A stretch of DNA of 64,000 bases. Origin: the human T2T-CHM13v2.0 reference genome, Homo sapiens. The number at the start of each line of letters is the position of its first letter. Positions within the stretch are counted from its first letter, which is position 1. Where the stretch lies: the NCBI RefSeq assembly GCF_009914755.1, contig NC_060932.1; one strand, given 5' to 3'. The notes under the pieces are model-generated. The model was not told the origin of the DNA. It was given only the letters and a program-made list of their open reading frames with translations, and ran no database searches. The translations under genes and the position numbers were made by a program. Positions 12,056-24,337 of this stretch are shown in pieces.

Positions 12056-12627
12056 GGACCAGGGAAGGAACCTTATTACAGAAATTCCTCAGCCTCTTAA
12101 TCTGTAAAATAGAGATTCTCACAGGACTGCTGTGAAGATTAAATTACATAAGTTATGGCAAATAGTAGTTCTATTTACTTGCCAAGCATTGAATGGTGGC
12201 CCACCTTAGGTTGCTAGGCCTATTAATGTCTCAGCTTCTACTTCTGAAAAAAAAAAAAAAACTGAGATAAGCTCAGTGTCTCTGTTTCAAGTATATTTCA
12301 TACCATAAATGTTAAAAGTAACTTTTAAGAATATGCAACCATAGAGATATTACTCAAATGCAAACTACTTCGTCTCAGGCACAATTTGGGGCCTTGGTCT
12401 TCTTGGGTTTCTTTAAAATGGAAAATCTCTTTAGGGGATGATGGAATCATTATCACATAATGAAATATATACATGCAGAACTCTGATGAACTGTAAAGAA
12501 TGAATTATCCACCCCCATGGGCCTTCCTAAATAAACATATTTTAAACAGTTGGATGTGTCTTATATTACATTATTTGTGTTTTGTACAATTTAAAGTAAT
12601 CGGAAATCTGTTCTCTGTCTGCCACAG

Positions 12628-12792
12628 GCTATAGCATTTTTGCAATTGGTGTGGCCGATGCAGATTACTCGGAGTTGGTTAGCATTGGCAGTAAGCCCAG
12701 CGCACGCCATGTCTTCTTTGTGGATGACTTTGACGCCTTTAAGAAAATCGAAGATGAGTTAATTACTTTTGTCTGCGAAACAGCATCAGCAA
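12628..12792 (+). CDS. COL14A1: COL14A1 exon D (165 nt), end of vWA2
   Basis: gccacag|GC TAT AGC...GCA A|gttagt; [55 protein letters not shown]; phase 1->1. Confidence 0.97.
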
Positions 12793-13403
12793 GTTAGTTC
12801 TTTGGAATTTGTACTTACTCATGTTGCTTAACAGCTGAAATATTTGACACTGGTTAAATAATGAGTCCGATCTAGATCTGAGAAAAGAATATTGACTTCC
12901 AGTACTGCTTGTTATATAGACATTAAGTTTTGTGGCTTTGAGCATATGGAAATAAACCTCCCCTCCTCTGTTTAGAGTTTAGAATGATAAAAACCTTCCC
13001 TAATCAGATGACAGTCTATGTTTAAAAGCAACTGTGCTTAAACAGATGTAGTAAATAATTTTCAATGTATTAAGAATGTATTAAGATGTAAAATGTATTA
13101 AGAATTCTCATCTGGGCAACATATTACAAGGGAGATGTGCCCCAATACATGCTCTCAGGTGATAACCACTGATTTTAATGAACCCAGGAGAGAAGGAAGC
13201 TGTGGTCCTTTAGTTGTAATAAGGGACCTTAGCACATTTCAATCTTCATGAAACCACAGAAAACCATAGTCACATTTGATTTGTATTCTCTCCACAATCA
13301 ACTTCTGGAAAGATTGTATTAGTTTCCTGTTCTCAGGACAGGGAAAGAGTATGTTTGTGAAATATCCGAATTAGAGTTTTATTTTGTTTGTTTGGTTTTC
13401 CAG

Positions 13404-13442
13404 CCTGTCCAGTGGTACACAAGGATGGCATTGATCTTGCAG
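13404..13442 (+). CDS. COL14A1: COL14A1 exon E (39 nt), vWA2-TSPN linker
   Basis: ttttccag|CC TGT CCA...GCA G|gtatgc; TCPVVHKDGIDLA; phase 1->1. Confidence 0.93.
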
Positions 13443-13611
13443 GTATGCATTATCACAATCTTTTCAAACACAAAATATATTACAGGCCTCTCAATTGGGG
13501 ATGGGGTTTCTGTTTTTGTTTTTAAATCCTTAATAGAAAAATATTAAAATTTAAAATTCTAAAGTGCCATATTCCTTATGTTTATTCTTTTTCTACTTTT
13601 TTTTTTTTTAG

Positions 13612-13750
13612 GATTTAAGATGATGGAAATGTTTGGTTTGGTTGAAAAAGATTTTTCATCAGTGGAAGGGGTTTCTATGGAGCCTGGTACCTTCAATGTG
13701 TTTCCATGTTACCAACTCCATAAAGATGCCCTGGTTTCCCAGCCAACCAG
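13612..13750 (+). CDS. COL14A1: COL14A1 exon F (139 nt), TSPN/laminin-G-like domain
   Basis: poly-T ag|GA TTT AAG...ACC AG|gtatgt; [46 protein letters not shown]; phase 1->2. Confidence 0.97.
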
Positions 13751-13971
13751 GTATGTTTCTGTTGAAAGATTTTAAAGTCATCATATGTTTATTATATCTC
13801 ACTGTGAAAATGATGTCAACTTGAAATATGGTGTAATAGTCCCAGGTAGGATTTTCCACGACATTTAGAGTAGAAGATATTTACATTTCTTTGTTTAAAA
13901 ACACCAGACTCACACATAATGCGGGTTGAACTTTAACATCTGCTGATCTGAGACAACATATAAAAATGATT

Positions 13972-14510
<539 letters not shown>

Positions 14511-14657
14511 CATGATAGTGCTATATGGTTCAAATGGCTTTTATCTTTGAGACAGTCACAACAGCAACTCTAGAAAGTTGAAGAGTAGTAATCAGGTTTA
14601 TATAAAAATTGCATTACTTAGCTACTTTATAGACACATTTGCCTTATTCTTGTTTCT

Positions 14658-14934
14658 TTTTTTTTATTATACTTTAAGTTTTAGGGTACATGTGCACATT
14701 GTGCAGTTTAGTTACATATGTATACATGTGCCATGCTGGTGCGCTGCACCCACTAACTTGTCACTTGGAACCAACCCAAATGTCCAACAATGATAGACTG
14801 GATTAAGAAAATGTGGCACATATACACCATGGAATACTATGCAGCCATAAAAAATGATGAGTTCATGTCCTTTGTAGGGACATGGATGAAATTGGAAATC
14901 ATCATTCTCAGTAAACTATCGCAAGAACAAAAAA
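14658..14934 (-). mobile_element. Young L1 (L1PA2/L1HS-like) 277-bp insertion with 5' inversion
   Basis: Poly-T plus antisense 3' end 14658-14763, inverted segment 14764-14934; perfect 17-bp TSD gccttattcttgtttct at 14641-14657 and 14935-14951. Confidence 0.92.
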
Positions 14935-14959
14935 GCCTTATTCTTGTTTCTATCTCTGG

Positions 14960-15142
14960 ATCCCCAGCAAATTAGATGGTGTCTGTCCACATTGAAGGCA
15001 GATCTGCCCCACCTAGCTCACTCAGACTCGCACGCTAATATCCTCTGGAGACACCCTCACTGATATACTCCAAAATAATGCTTTACCAGGTTTCTAGATA
15101 TTCCTTAATCCGGTCAAGTTGAAACCTAAAATTTTCCATCAC
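14960..15142. mobile_element. MLT2-like (ERVL) LTR fragment
   Basis: cacattgaaggcagatctgcccc...acaccctcac...gtcaagttgaaacctaaaattttccatcaca. Confidence 0.65.
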
Positions 15143-15462
15143 AGGACCTTTGTCAGTTTATTTGCTGATGTATCTTAAATGTCTGTTACAATGTCTGGCA
15201 TATAGTTGGCACTCAAAAATACTTATTGAATGGACAAATGAATTAATGAATATATAAATAAATGAATATTTATTTTTATCTATGCAAACCAAACTTTCAT
15301 TTTCAAACGCACGCTAAACTTGCACATTTATTTATTCAATTAATAACTATTATGGGGTTCCTACTATATGTAAAGGGTTGTATTTTTTTGCTTGGAGGAA
15401 GATTTAAAAAGTAAATGAGTAAAAGTAACATTAGTTGTTAGAAAGAGAGACAAGATGATATT

Positions 15463-15880
15463 TTAGGTTGGGCTCTTCAGGAAGCAGATTTTCCGGGAGA
15501 GATTAGCATGTGGGAAGTTGATGAGGGTGTTCCCTCATGGAAGGGAACAGCAGGACACAGGACAAGCCAAGAGGGAGAAGTCAAGCTGTGAAGAATCTCA
15601 GTAAAAGCCTCCACCCACCCAGAAGAGTTCTGAAAATGGTATGGCCCCTCAGATCTGTCTCCCATTGGGTTCAGGGGTTCAGGTCCTTATACTTCCTCAA
15701 TGACCAGTCATTGAAAAGAGGTTTCCTAGTAAGGTGGCATGACCTTGGGAGAGGCATCCTTTTTCAGCCAAGACAATTTCTGAAGGGGGATTGGTGTCTG
15801 AAACCTGTCTGCAGACAACACTCCCAGGACCAGGGGTAATGTACCCTTAATTTTGGAAGGTGGATCTGGATGGTGCAACA
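15463..15880. mobile_element. MLT1-like (MaLR) LTR
   Basis: ttaggttgggctcttcaggaagcaga...gggagaagtcaagctgtga pattern; boundaries approximate. Confidence 0.55.
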
Positions 15881-16328
15881 CAGATGGGAATGCAATTGAC
15901 TACAATATGTAGTAGAAAGTGATAATGTCATAAGTTATGTTTTACAAAAGGATAATAGATCAACATTGTTTATTACATGAAAACCTTTGACACTACTAAA
16001 ATGTTCAGTGAGAAGTGACTGATTAGGTAAGTGATAAAATAGCCAAACAAGAGAAGACTGTACAGCCATGAAATATCATGCTCTTAAAAATATTTAAGGA
16101 AATGGAAAATGACTATTAAATGGTGCTAAGAAAGGGACAAAATGATATAAATTGGACAAATGCACACATTCTTTACTAAATTAGATCAACAGTGATCCAG
16201 TTGGTGTTAATGGTGGTCTTTTCTGTTTTTCCAAATCTTGTGTAATGAAAATGTATTTGCTTTATAATCAAAGGAGTAACTTTTTTGAGGAAGGATACAA
16301 TGAAACATGGTTTTCTTTCTATGTTCAG

Positions 16329-16471
16329 GTACTTGCACCCAGAAGGATTGCCCTCCGACTACACAATCAGTTTTCTATTCCGGATTCTTCCTGACACTCC
16401 ACAGGAGCCATTTGCTCTTTGGGAGATTTTAAATAAAAATTCTGACCCATTGGTTGGGGTTATTTTAGACA
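16329..16471 (+). CDS. COL14A1: COL14A1 exon G (143 nt), TSPN
   Basis: tgttcag|G TAC TTG...GAC A|gtaagt; [48 protein letters not shown]; phase 2->1. Confidence 0.97.
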
Positions 16472-16619
16472 GTAAGTATATTTATTGAGATCACATTCAC
16501 ATATACATGTATGAGTAATGTATGTGGCATGCCATTTTGCCTGTTTGTGTATATTACAGAGTAACTCACTAATCTTATGTGATGTGTAAATACTAAACAA
16601 TGAATTATATAGCAGTTGA

Positions 16620-17060
16620 TTTATCCATTTATTCTCTTATTCTTTCAACAAATATTTCTTGAGTTCCTATTTTGTGCCAACACTAAGCCTGGGATGCAGT
16701 AGTGAGGAAGGAGAAGAGAGAAAAACAATTTTTACTGGGAGAGGGAAAACTACAGACAGAGCAAGGCCCTTGGAGGGTCAATGGGAGGGGTGGGACCACA
16801 GTTCATTTTTTGGACATAGACATAATAAAAGTAAGATGCATATTTGATATCCCAGAATGGATGTCAGATTGACAGCAGCATATTTAGAAAGAATTCTGGG
16901 ATGGAGATGTACATTTGAAAGTTGTGTGTCTTTGCTATACAAGCCATGAGACTGGGTGGGATCATCTAGAAAATGAGTCTAGAAAGAGCAGAGAATAAGT
17001 CTGGAGGCTGGGAAATGCCAATGTTTGGAGGTTGGAAACGTGAGGAAGAACCAATGAAGG
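16620..17060 (-). mobile_element. L2 relic
   Basis: ttcaacaaatatttcttgagttcctattttgtgcca L2 terminus plus internal L2 blocks. Confidence 0.6.
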
Positions 17061-17566
17061 AAGCTTCTTAACCTTGTGCTCTTGGATGTTGTACCATCAA
17101 CCTCAAGCTCTTGGATGTTGTACATGATGATCACTTAAGCAGATCAACTTTTTGGTTAATATCACTGAATTTTCTATATCTAGTTTTAGTTTAGGATTCC
17201 AATGAACCTAGGAACCAAAATTTGGAGGCTATTACTAGGTGCTAAGTCACACATTCGGATAAGGAAAGTATTAAGCTTATTTCCGACTAGTATTTGTAAA
17301 AGGATTTTTCAGTACATGGAAACTAATCAACAACTAAATATGATATTGTGGAAGCATTTTGCATTGATATTAAAACTAAGGAAAAGCTGTAGATTGAAAG
17401 GGTATATGTTACTAACTTCATATATACCTGGGACTTGAAAATGAAGAATTTTCTTAAAATGATTAAGACTAGCTTGCTCCTTTTGAAAACAGAGGTATTA
17501 ATTTGTAGCATAGGAATGAATTAGAAAGAAAAAAGATTAGATAAATGAATAATATGAATTATTCTC

Positions 17567-17685
17567 TCACAAGGTTAGTAATGCTTTGTATGCATATATT
17601 CTTTATTCTATTTGCTATTGAACAAAGGCATTTTAAAAAAAATTCCATAGGGCTTTGGATCTCAAATTTCAGCTGGAGTGAGAAT
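17567..17685 (+). repeat. Intronic copy of the exon H 3' end and donor region (source 18655-18772)
   Basis: 119 vs 118 nt; 2 substitutions and 1 indel; includes tcacAAG|GTTAGT. Confidence 0.95.
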
Positions 17686-17864
17686 CTTTTCTCTTTCTAA
17701 TTCATAGTATCTTTTAAATAATAAAATATTCCTTGTAATAGGAATAATTTAAGATTAGAAAAATTTTTGCTTGTTTGTTCATAATGAATGAAATATCTTG
17801 GGTGGTGTAATTTGCACATCCTAGGAAAGTTGGTTGCTGCAGTGGGTTAAAAAGACAAAGGGCC

Positions 17865-18204
<340 letters not shown>

Positions 18205-18551
18205 TTAAGATTTGATAAACTTAAAGCAGCTGTGTCTGCCTCTACTTCCAGCTTTGGACAGTTTCTCCCAGGAGAGTGATGGGAATGAGAGTCTGGGCAA
18301 GGAAGTACAGAGGTAAGAGTATGTGTAGGAGTCTTTGCCTCACTGTCATCACCAAGTGGCTTAATCAGTTCATGTAACCAACTAAAAGTCTGCGGCAACC
18401 TGGGGACTGTAGAACACTTCCTTACTCATCACATCATTCTAAATACAGTTTCAAAACAATCGATGCATTGTTTTGTTTTGAGTTGAATTTTAGAAAACAA
18501 AATTCACCTACTTTAATTATTTCTAAAATATTTTTATTTTTCTTTCAATAG

Positions 18552-18661
18552 ATGGTGGGAAAACTCTAACATATTTCAACTATGACCAGAGTGGGGATTT
18601 TCAAACTGTTACTTTCGAAGGACCTGAAATTAGGAAAATTTTTTATGGAAGCTTTCACAAG
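18552..18661 (+). CDS. COL14A1: COL14A1 exon H (110 nt), TSPN
   Basis: ttcaatag|AT GGT GGG...CAC AAG|gttagt; [37 protein letters not shown]; phase 1->0. Confidence 0.96.
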
Positions 18662-19165
18662 GTTAGTAATGCTTTGTATGCATATATTCTTTATTCTATT
18701 TGCTATTGAACAAAGCCATTTAAAAACAATTCCATAGGGCTTTGGATCTCAAATTTCAGCTGGAGTGAGAATTTCCTTTGTGCTTGTTAACAATACCTGT
18801 GCTTGTTAACAGATTCTGATTTGGTAGTTCTGAGAGAGGACCCTGAAATGTGCATTTTTTTTTTTGGCAGGCACTCCCGAAAATAAGGGGGCACTTTCCT
18901 CTTTGAGGAAAAATGTAGTTAAGGATATGGCATTACCAAGTGGACAGTTGCTCATTTGCTACATTAGGTGCGATGTAGAAAAGATTGCTGGTCTAGCTGG
19001 TACAACTAGCTATCTATGAGTGCAGAAGAAAGCACAATCAGCTGAATCATCTTAAAATGTGCAGATAGGGATAACTGATTGCACCAATACTTTTACATAT
19101 ATACAAGTGCAATCCATCACTGTCATCATAACAGTTACCCTGCGGAAAAATTTTATAAAACCTAA

Positions 19166-19499
<334 letters not shown>

Positions 19500-21234
19500 A
19501 CTTGTCATTATTTTAATAACTCAGCACTTGTGGTATAACTATGTTCCTTAACATTTGCTTCTCAGAAACACTTACCTGTGGTGATCATTGGGGTGGACAT
19601 CTACCAACATCTACTGCTTCCTTTGTATTTGAATAATCCCACTGATCTGTAGTGTTAAGCAGTGCAGCACCTACGCTGCAGGATGAGCAGAACATTTACT
19701 AGGTGGTGTAGAAAAATGCTTTGCTTCCTAACCAGGCCCTTACTGCCCTTTTAAAGTGAGAGAAGGGATGCTGCATAGCAATTTTCTTGGCTCCTGTCTC
19801 ATGGCCCAGAATGCGGTCAAATCAATCTAATTTATGCAACTTTGCTACTTTCTGTGGTTTTGAATATCGTAATTGCATACCACATAATTGCATAAGAACA
19901 GTTGCTAAAAAAAAAAAAACAACTTGCTTTTTTTCCTGTTTAATAGGACTGTACTACCAGAAGAAAAGGTATCTGAAAAGCACATGAGATACAGTGGAGA
20001 TTTATTAGTTCATGGCTCAAAGTGGTCCCATTAGCAGCTCTTAGGACTTAACATTGTTTACTCACCAAATTCCTCTTGGCATGTTTATTTTCTTGGTTAT
20101 GGAGAGTGTATTGCAAAATAGTAAAAAATAAAATTGTTTGGGAGATGAAAAGCGTTTGAGATTTCATGAGTGTTAAAAGAAACATTGTCATTTTAGCCCA
20201 TGGTTTAGGCATGAACTTGTAATTCTCATTCCAAAGAATCCTTTGTAAGTCTTAGGTGAAGGTTAAGCTTTATTTCCTTACCAGAAGAACTCAAGAAGTG
20301 AGGTTCATTAAAAATCGATTTAAAATTTATAAACCTTCAAATTTTTAAAAGTTATATGAAGGAAGACTTCCCTCTACTTTAAGTGTTAATAAAGCCAAAA
20401 AGCCAAACAAGGAAAAAAATTCAAAAAAGGCTTCTCATGTGACAAAATACTTTATAATAGACCTATTAATAGAATATCTCAATGCAAATTCAATTTGTAG
20501 AAGTCGAATTCTATTTGTTCATAGACTTATAAATGAATAAATACTTTATCTTAATTTCTCATTGATTTTCAGTTAGTTTTATTTTTTACACTTTGGCTAT
20601 GAAGTGTGGGCCCAAGGTCTCTTTCAAAAAGTTTTAATTATATAAATGGGCACTTAAGTGCAACCAAAGAAGCAAAATATCTTTGAAAAATTTTCAATAT
20701 CTCCTTTTGTAAAGCAAAAAAAAAAAAATTAAGCATGTGAATAACTCCCCACAAGTTAACAATTCTTAAGGCAGGGGTACTAGAAACTAAGTTTTCTAGC
20801 ACCCAGTATGAAAATTTCTGTAATCTATAATATTGGAAAGTGTTCTAAGGCTCAAAAACACGTAAGAGTTGAATTATACTCTAGTAAATGATTGCAACAG
20901 AGATGTTAATAAGAAGCAAGGAATGTGGTGGGGTTTATTCCATCAATGTTTCCATACTTGGGCAATAGTTAATTCCTTTTTGAAGGAAAAGGATTCTCAA
21001 GAGTCCCACTGTTGACTTACATTATTTGTATCATGATCTAACTCAAATAAAACATGAAATAACAATTGGTGTAAGTCCATGTGCTTTCAGCTCGTATGCA
21101 ACAATGAAACAAAAATGAAGTTGAACAAAACCAGTAAAATTAAAAGTAACACTATCTTAATGTGAAAGAGGACATTATTTCATTGACATTCAACCTGTAC
21201 TTACAATGTGAATACACTGCTAGCTACTATAACT

Positions 21235-21492
21235 CCCATAACTTTGATTGTATTGCCCAAGATTGTTTTTCTTTGAACTACCATGATACCTTACCTTAAA
21301 CAGATTTGTAACTTCTTTTGGCTTTTACTTAGGGCAAAACCGTTATTTGCCTATTAATTTCACCCCATAACCTTGATTGTATTGACCAACATGGTTTTTC
21401 TTTGAACTACCGTAATGCCTTATCTTAAACAGATTTGTAACTTCTTTTGGCTTTTACTTAGGGTGAAATCATTATTTACCTATTAATTTGAC
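21235..21492. repeat. Tandem duplication, 2 x 129 bp (~89% identity)
   Basis: cccataac...attaatttcac / cccataac...attaatttgac; about 14 mismatches by hand. Confidence 0.92.
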
Positions 21493-22297
21493 TCTTTTAG
21501 CTCATCAGTCTGCCAAAAACAAGTACTGTAGTACTCGTGAGGTTAATGCCATTGTAAGTTACAATGCATATATAAGCACTGAAATTTTATGGCAGAACTT
21601 GGACATAGAGTAGTTATCCAGTTCATCTAGAATATACCTAACTTTGACTATCACCTAAATAAGACAGATTTTACGAGTCCTTACAAAGAATGTGTCAACT
21701 CCTGAAAATATCACGGACCTCCAGATTCTTGAGATTCTAGTTTGAGAAAAATGTACCATACACTAAGCTAAACAGCTTTATTTTATTTGAACCTGGGTTC
21801 ACCAGAAAGCATTCCTTCTTCCCCCTCAGATTCTAGATCCCCTTTCCTCATCCTAAATTAAATAAATATTTTTGAAGTGTGGTTTGCCAACCACTCGTGG
21901 TGCTTTGGATGATTGTTGGTGATATATCAACAAAGATTTTTAATTTTAATATTTTTGTGTTAATTTTAATGTGCATTCAGAAAAGGCATGGCTAGTACAG
22001 CAGTCCTGTAATTTCAAAGATGCGATTGCTCTCGAGTTAGGCCGGACTTTAAAAAGTGAATCCTTTCAAAGCCATTTTAGAAAGAAGTGTTAAATAGATA
22101 AAAATAGAGATGGTACTTGAATATGGGAAAATCATGGAGATGATAAAAGTAGAAATTTTCTCTTTTGGCAAAATACATGGTGACAGAATTCTTTCTCTTC
22201 TCTTTCATACTTTGTAATGATGAATCATACAATTATACAAATTTGGTTGATATTTCCTTCTGTTTCTTACCTCCTAAAACATCTTACTTTTACCTAG

Positions 22298-22456
22298 CTA
22301 CACATTGTTGTCAGTGAGACTTTGGTCAAAGTGGTTATTGACTGCAAGCAAGTGGGTGAGAAGGCAATGAACGCATCAGCTAATATCACGTCAGATGGTG
22401 TAGAAGTGCTAGGGAAAATGGTTCGATCAAGAGGACCAGGTGGAAACTCTGCACCG
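22298..22456 (+). CDS. COL14A1: COL14A1 exon I (159 nt), TSPN
   Basis: ttacctag|CTA CAC...GCA CCG|gtaagt; [53 protein letters not shown]; phase 0->0. Confidence 0.97.
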
Positions 22457-22552
22457 GTAAGTGAATAAACCCGTGAAGCTGTGTTATTGTTAAGGGAGAG
22501 AAATTATTTTAAAGTACATTAGCTATTTTCCAGGGGAAAGGTTTAACAAAAA

Positions 22553-22616
22553 GATGAATGGATAAATGGATGGATGAATGAATGGATGGATGGATGGATG
22601 GATAGATGGATGGATA
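22553..22616 (+). repeat. (TGGA/TGAA)n microsatellite ~100 nt downstream of exon I
   Basis: gatgaatggataaatggatggatgaatgaatggatggatggatggatggatagatggatggat. Confidence 0.9.
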
Positions 22617-23968
22617 AATAAATAATGGCCTCTTTAAATGAATTAAGACATGTACATTCAAAGCTTGTGGTAGTATGCTTCCACTGTATTATATGGAATA
22701 TGCATTAGGAATTAGGCTAGTTTATTTTCTAAGTGCATTTTAAAATTTAAATAGTAAAATATTCATCACATGGTTTGGGGCATAAATGGTTTTTAGAAAA
22801 GAATTACAACTGCAAATGAACCTCATTTATATAAGCAAATACAAATCCACACAAAATTAGTGAATATTATACACAGGAAATTGACATAAGCCTCTTATTT
22901 GGGTTAGATTTGGGCATTTTAAAACTAGGTTTTGCTATCACTAATGTAAAGTTTACCCTTTAATTATTGTGATTATTGAGTAACATACCATTCTAAGATA
23001 ATATATTTTTTACCTTACAACATGGAATTTAAATCTGAGAGACTTCCAGTTGGCAAAGAAATCACATTCCCATCACTCATTACCCACAAAAAAAGAATAG
23101 TGCACACAGTTTTTTGTGTTAATACTGTGTATTCACAGCTAATTAGCAGCATTCTCTAATTTGAGTCATTCTATAGTGAGGCATTTTATTCTTGTAAACA
23201 ATCCCAACTGTTCTAATCTACACTTCTCTTATGTAATAGAACAATCAAGATAATTATGAATTACTATTGTCTCCCACTTTCATAGATCTGTAGAATTAGC
23301 CAGTTATACAAGAGCTGGTAGTTCTCAAAGACTTTTAAAGCTGAAGATCACTTTGTAAAAATGAAATCCTATACTATGTCAAATAAATAAAACAGACCCA
23401 TGGTTCTAATTCCACTACCATTCACTTAGTACACAGGAAACAGTCCAAGTGGGAGAGTGATTTACTTTGGGGCACTTTGCTATTTTGCAGCATTTATTTT
23501 TGTGGTAACAATAGAAGTGAATGGTAGCAATGTGTCCCCTTATGTATAGGGGGACACTGAAGCTTTCAGACCTTGATAGGTAGATGATGCTAAGTAGTTT
23601 AACACTTACAGTTGAAGTATCTTTAAAAGTTCCTTTGTTTCTACTTTGCTTTGGAGAATTATGGATTAGATGTTTAGGAAGAGAATGTGAAAGCTATGGA
23701 AGGCTCTCTTGTTCTCAGTTACAGTAAGAGACTTTTGGGAATGTTTACATGATTTCAAAAACTTGTCTCCTCCTAATGTGTGGCATTTCATGATAATTAA
23801 AAAGCACACCATCTTCTGCTTAATGGAGGATACTCCTATGATAGTACATGAAGGAATTTATAAAAACACAGAATTATCAAACTAAGGATATCTTGTATGG
23901 ATAAATGGATATATAGATGGATACTTGGATGATGAATGAATAGACTCTAATTTAAGAAAGAGAATCCG

Positions 23969-24337
<369 letters not shown>

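Noticed and set aside
21235-21492. Direct repeats as a possible CRISPR-like array
   Set aside because: Only two head-to-tail copies, no spacers, no cas genes, primate intron context
23532-23557. Small hairpin gtgtccccttat-gt-atagggggacac
   Set aside because: 12-bp stem with a G-T pair; too short to argue for function
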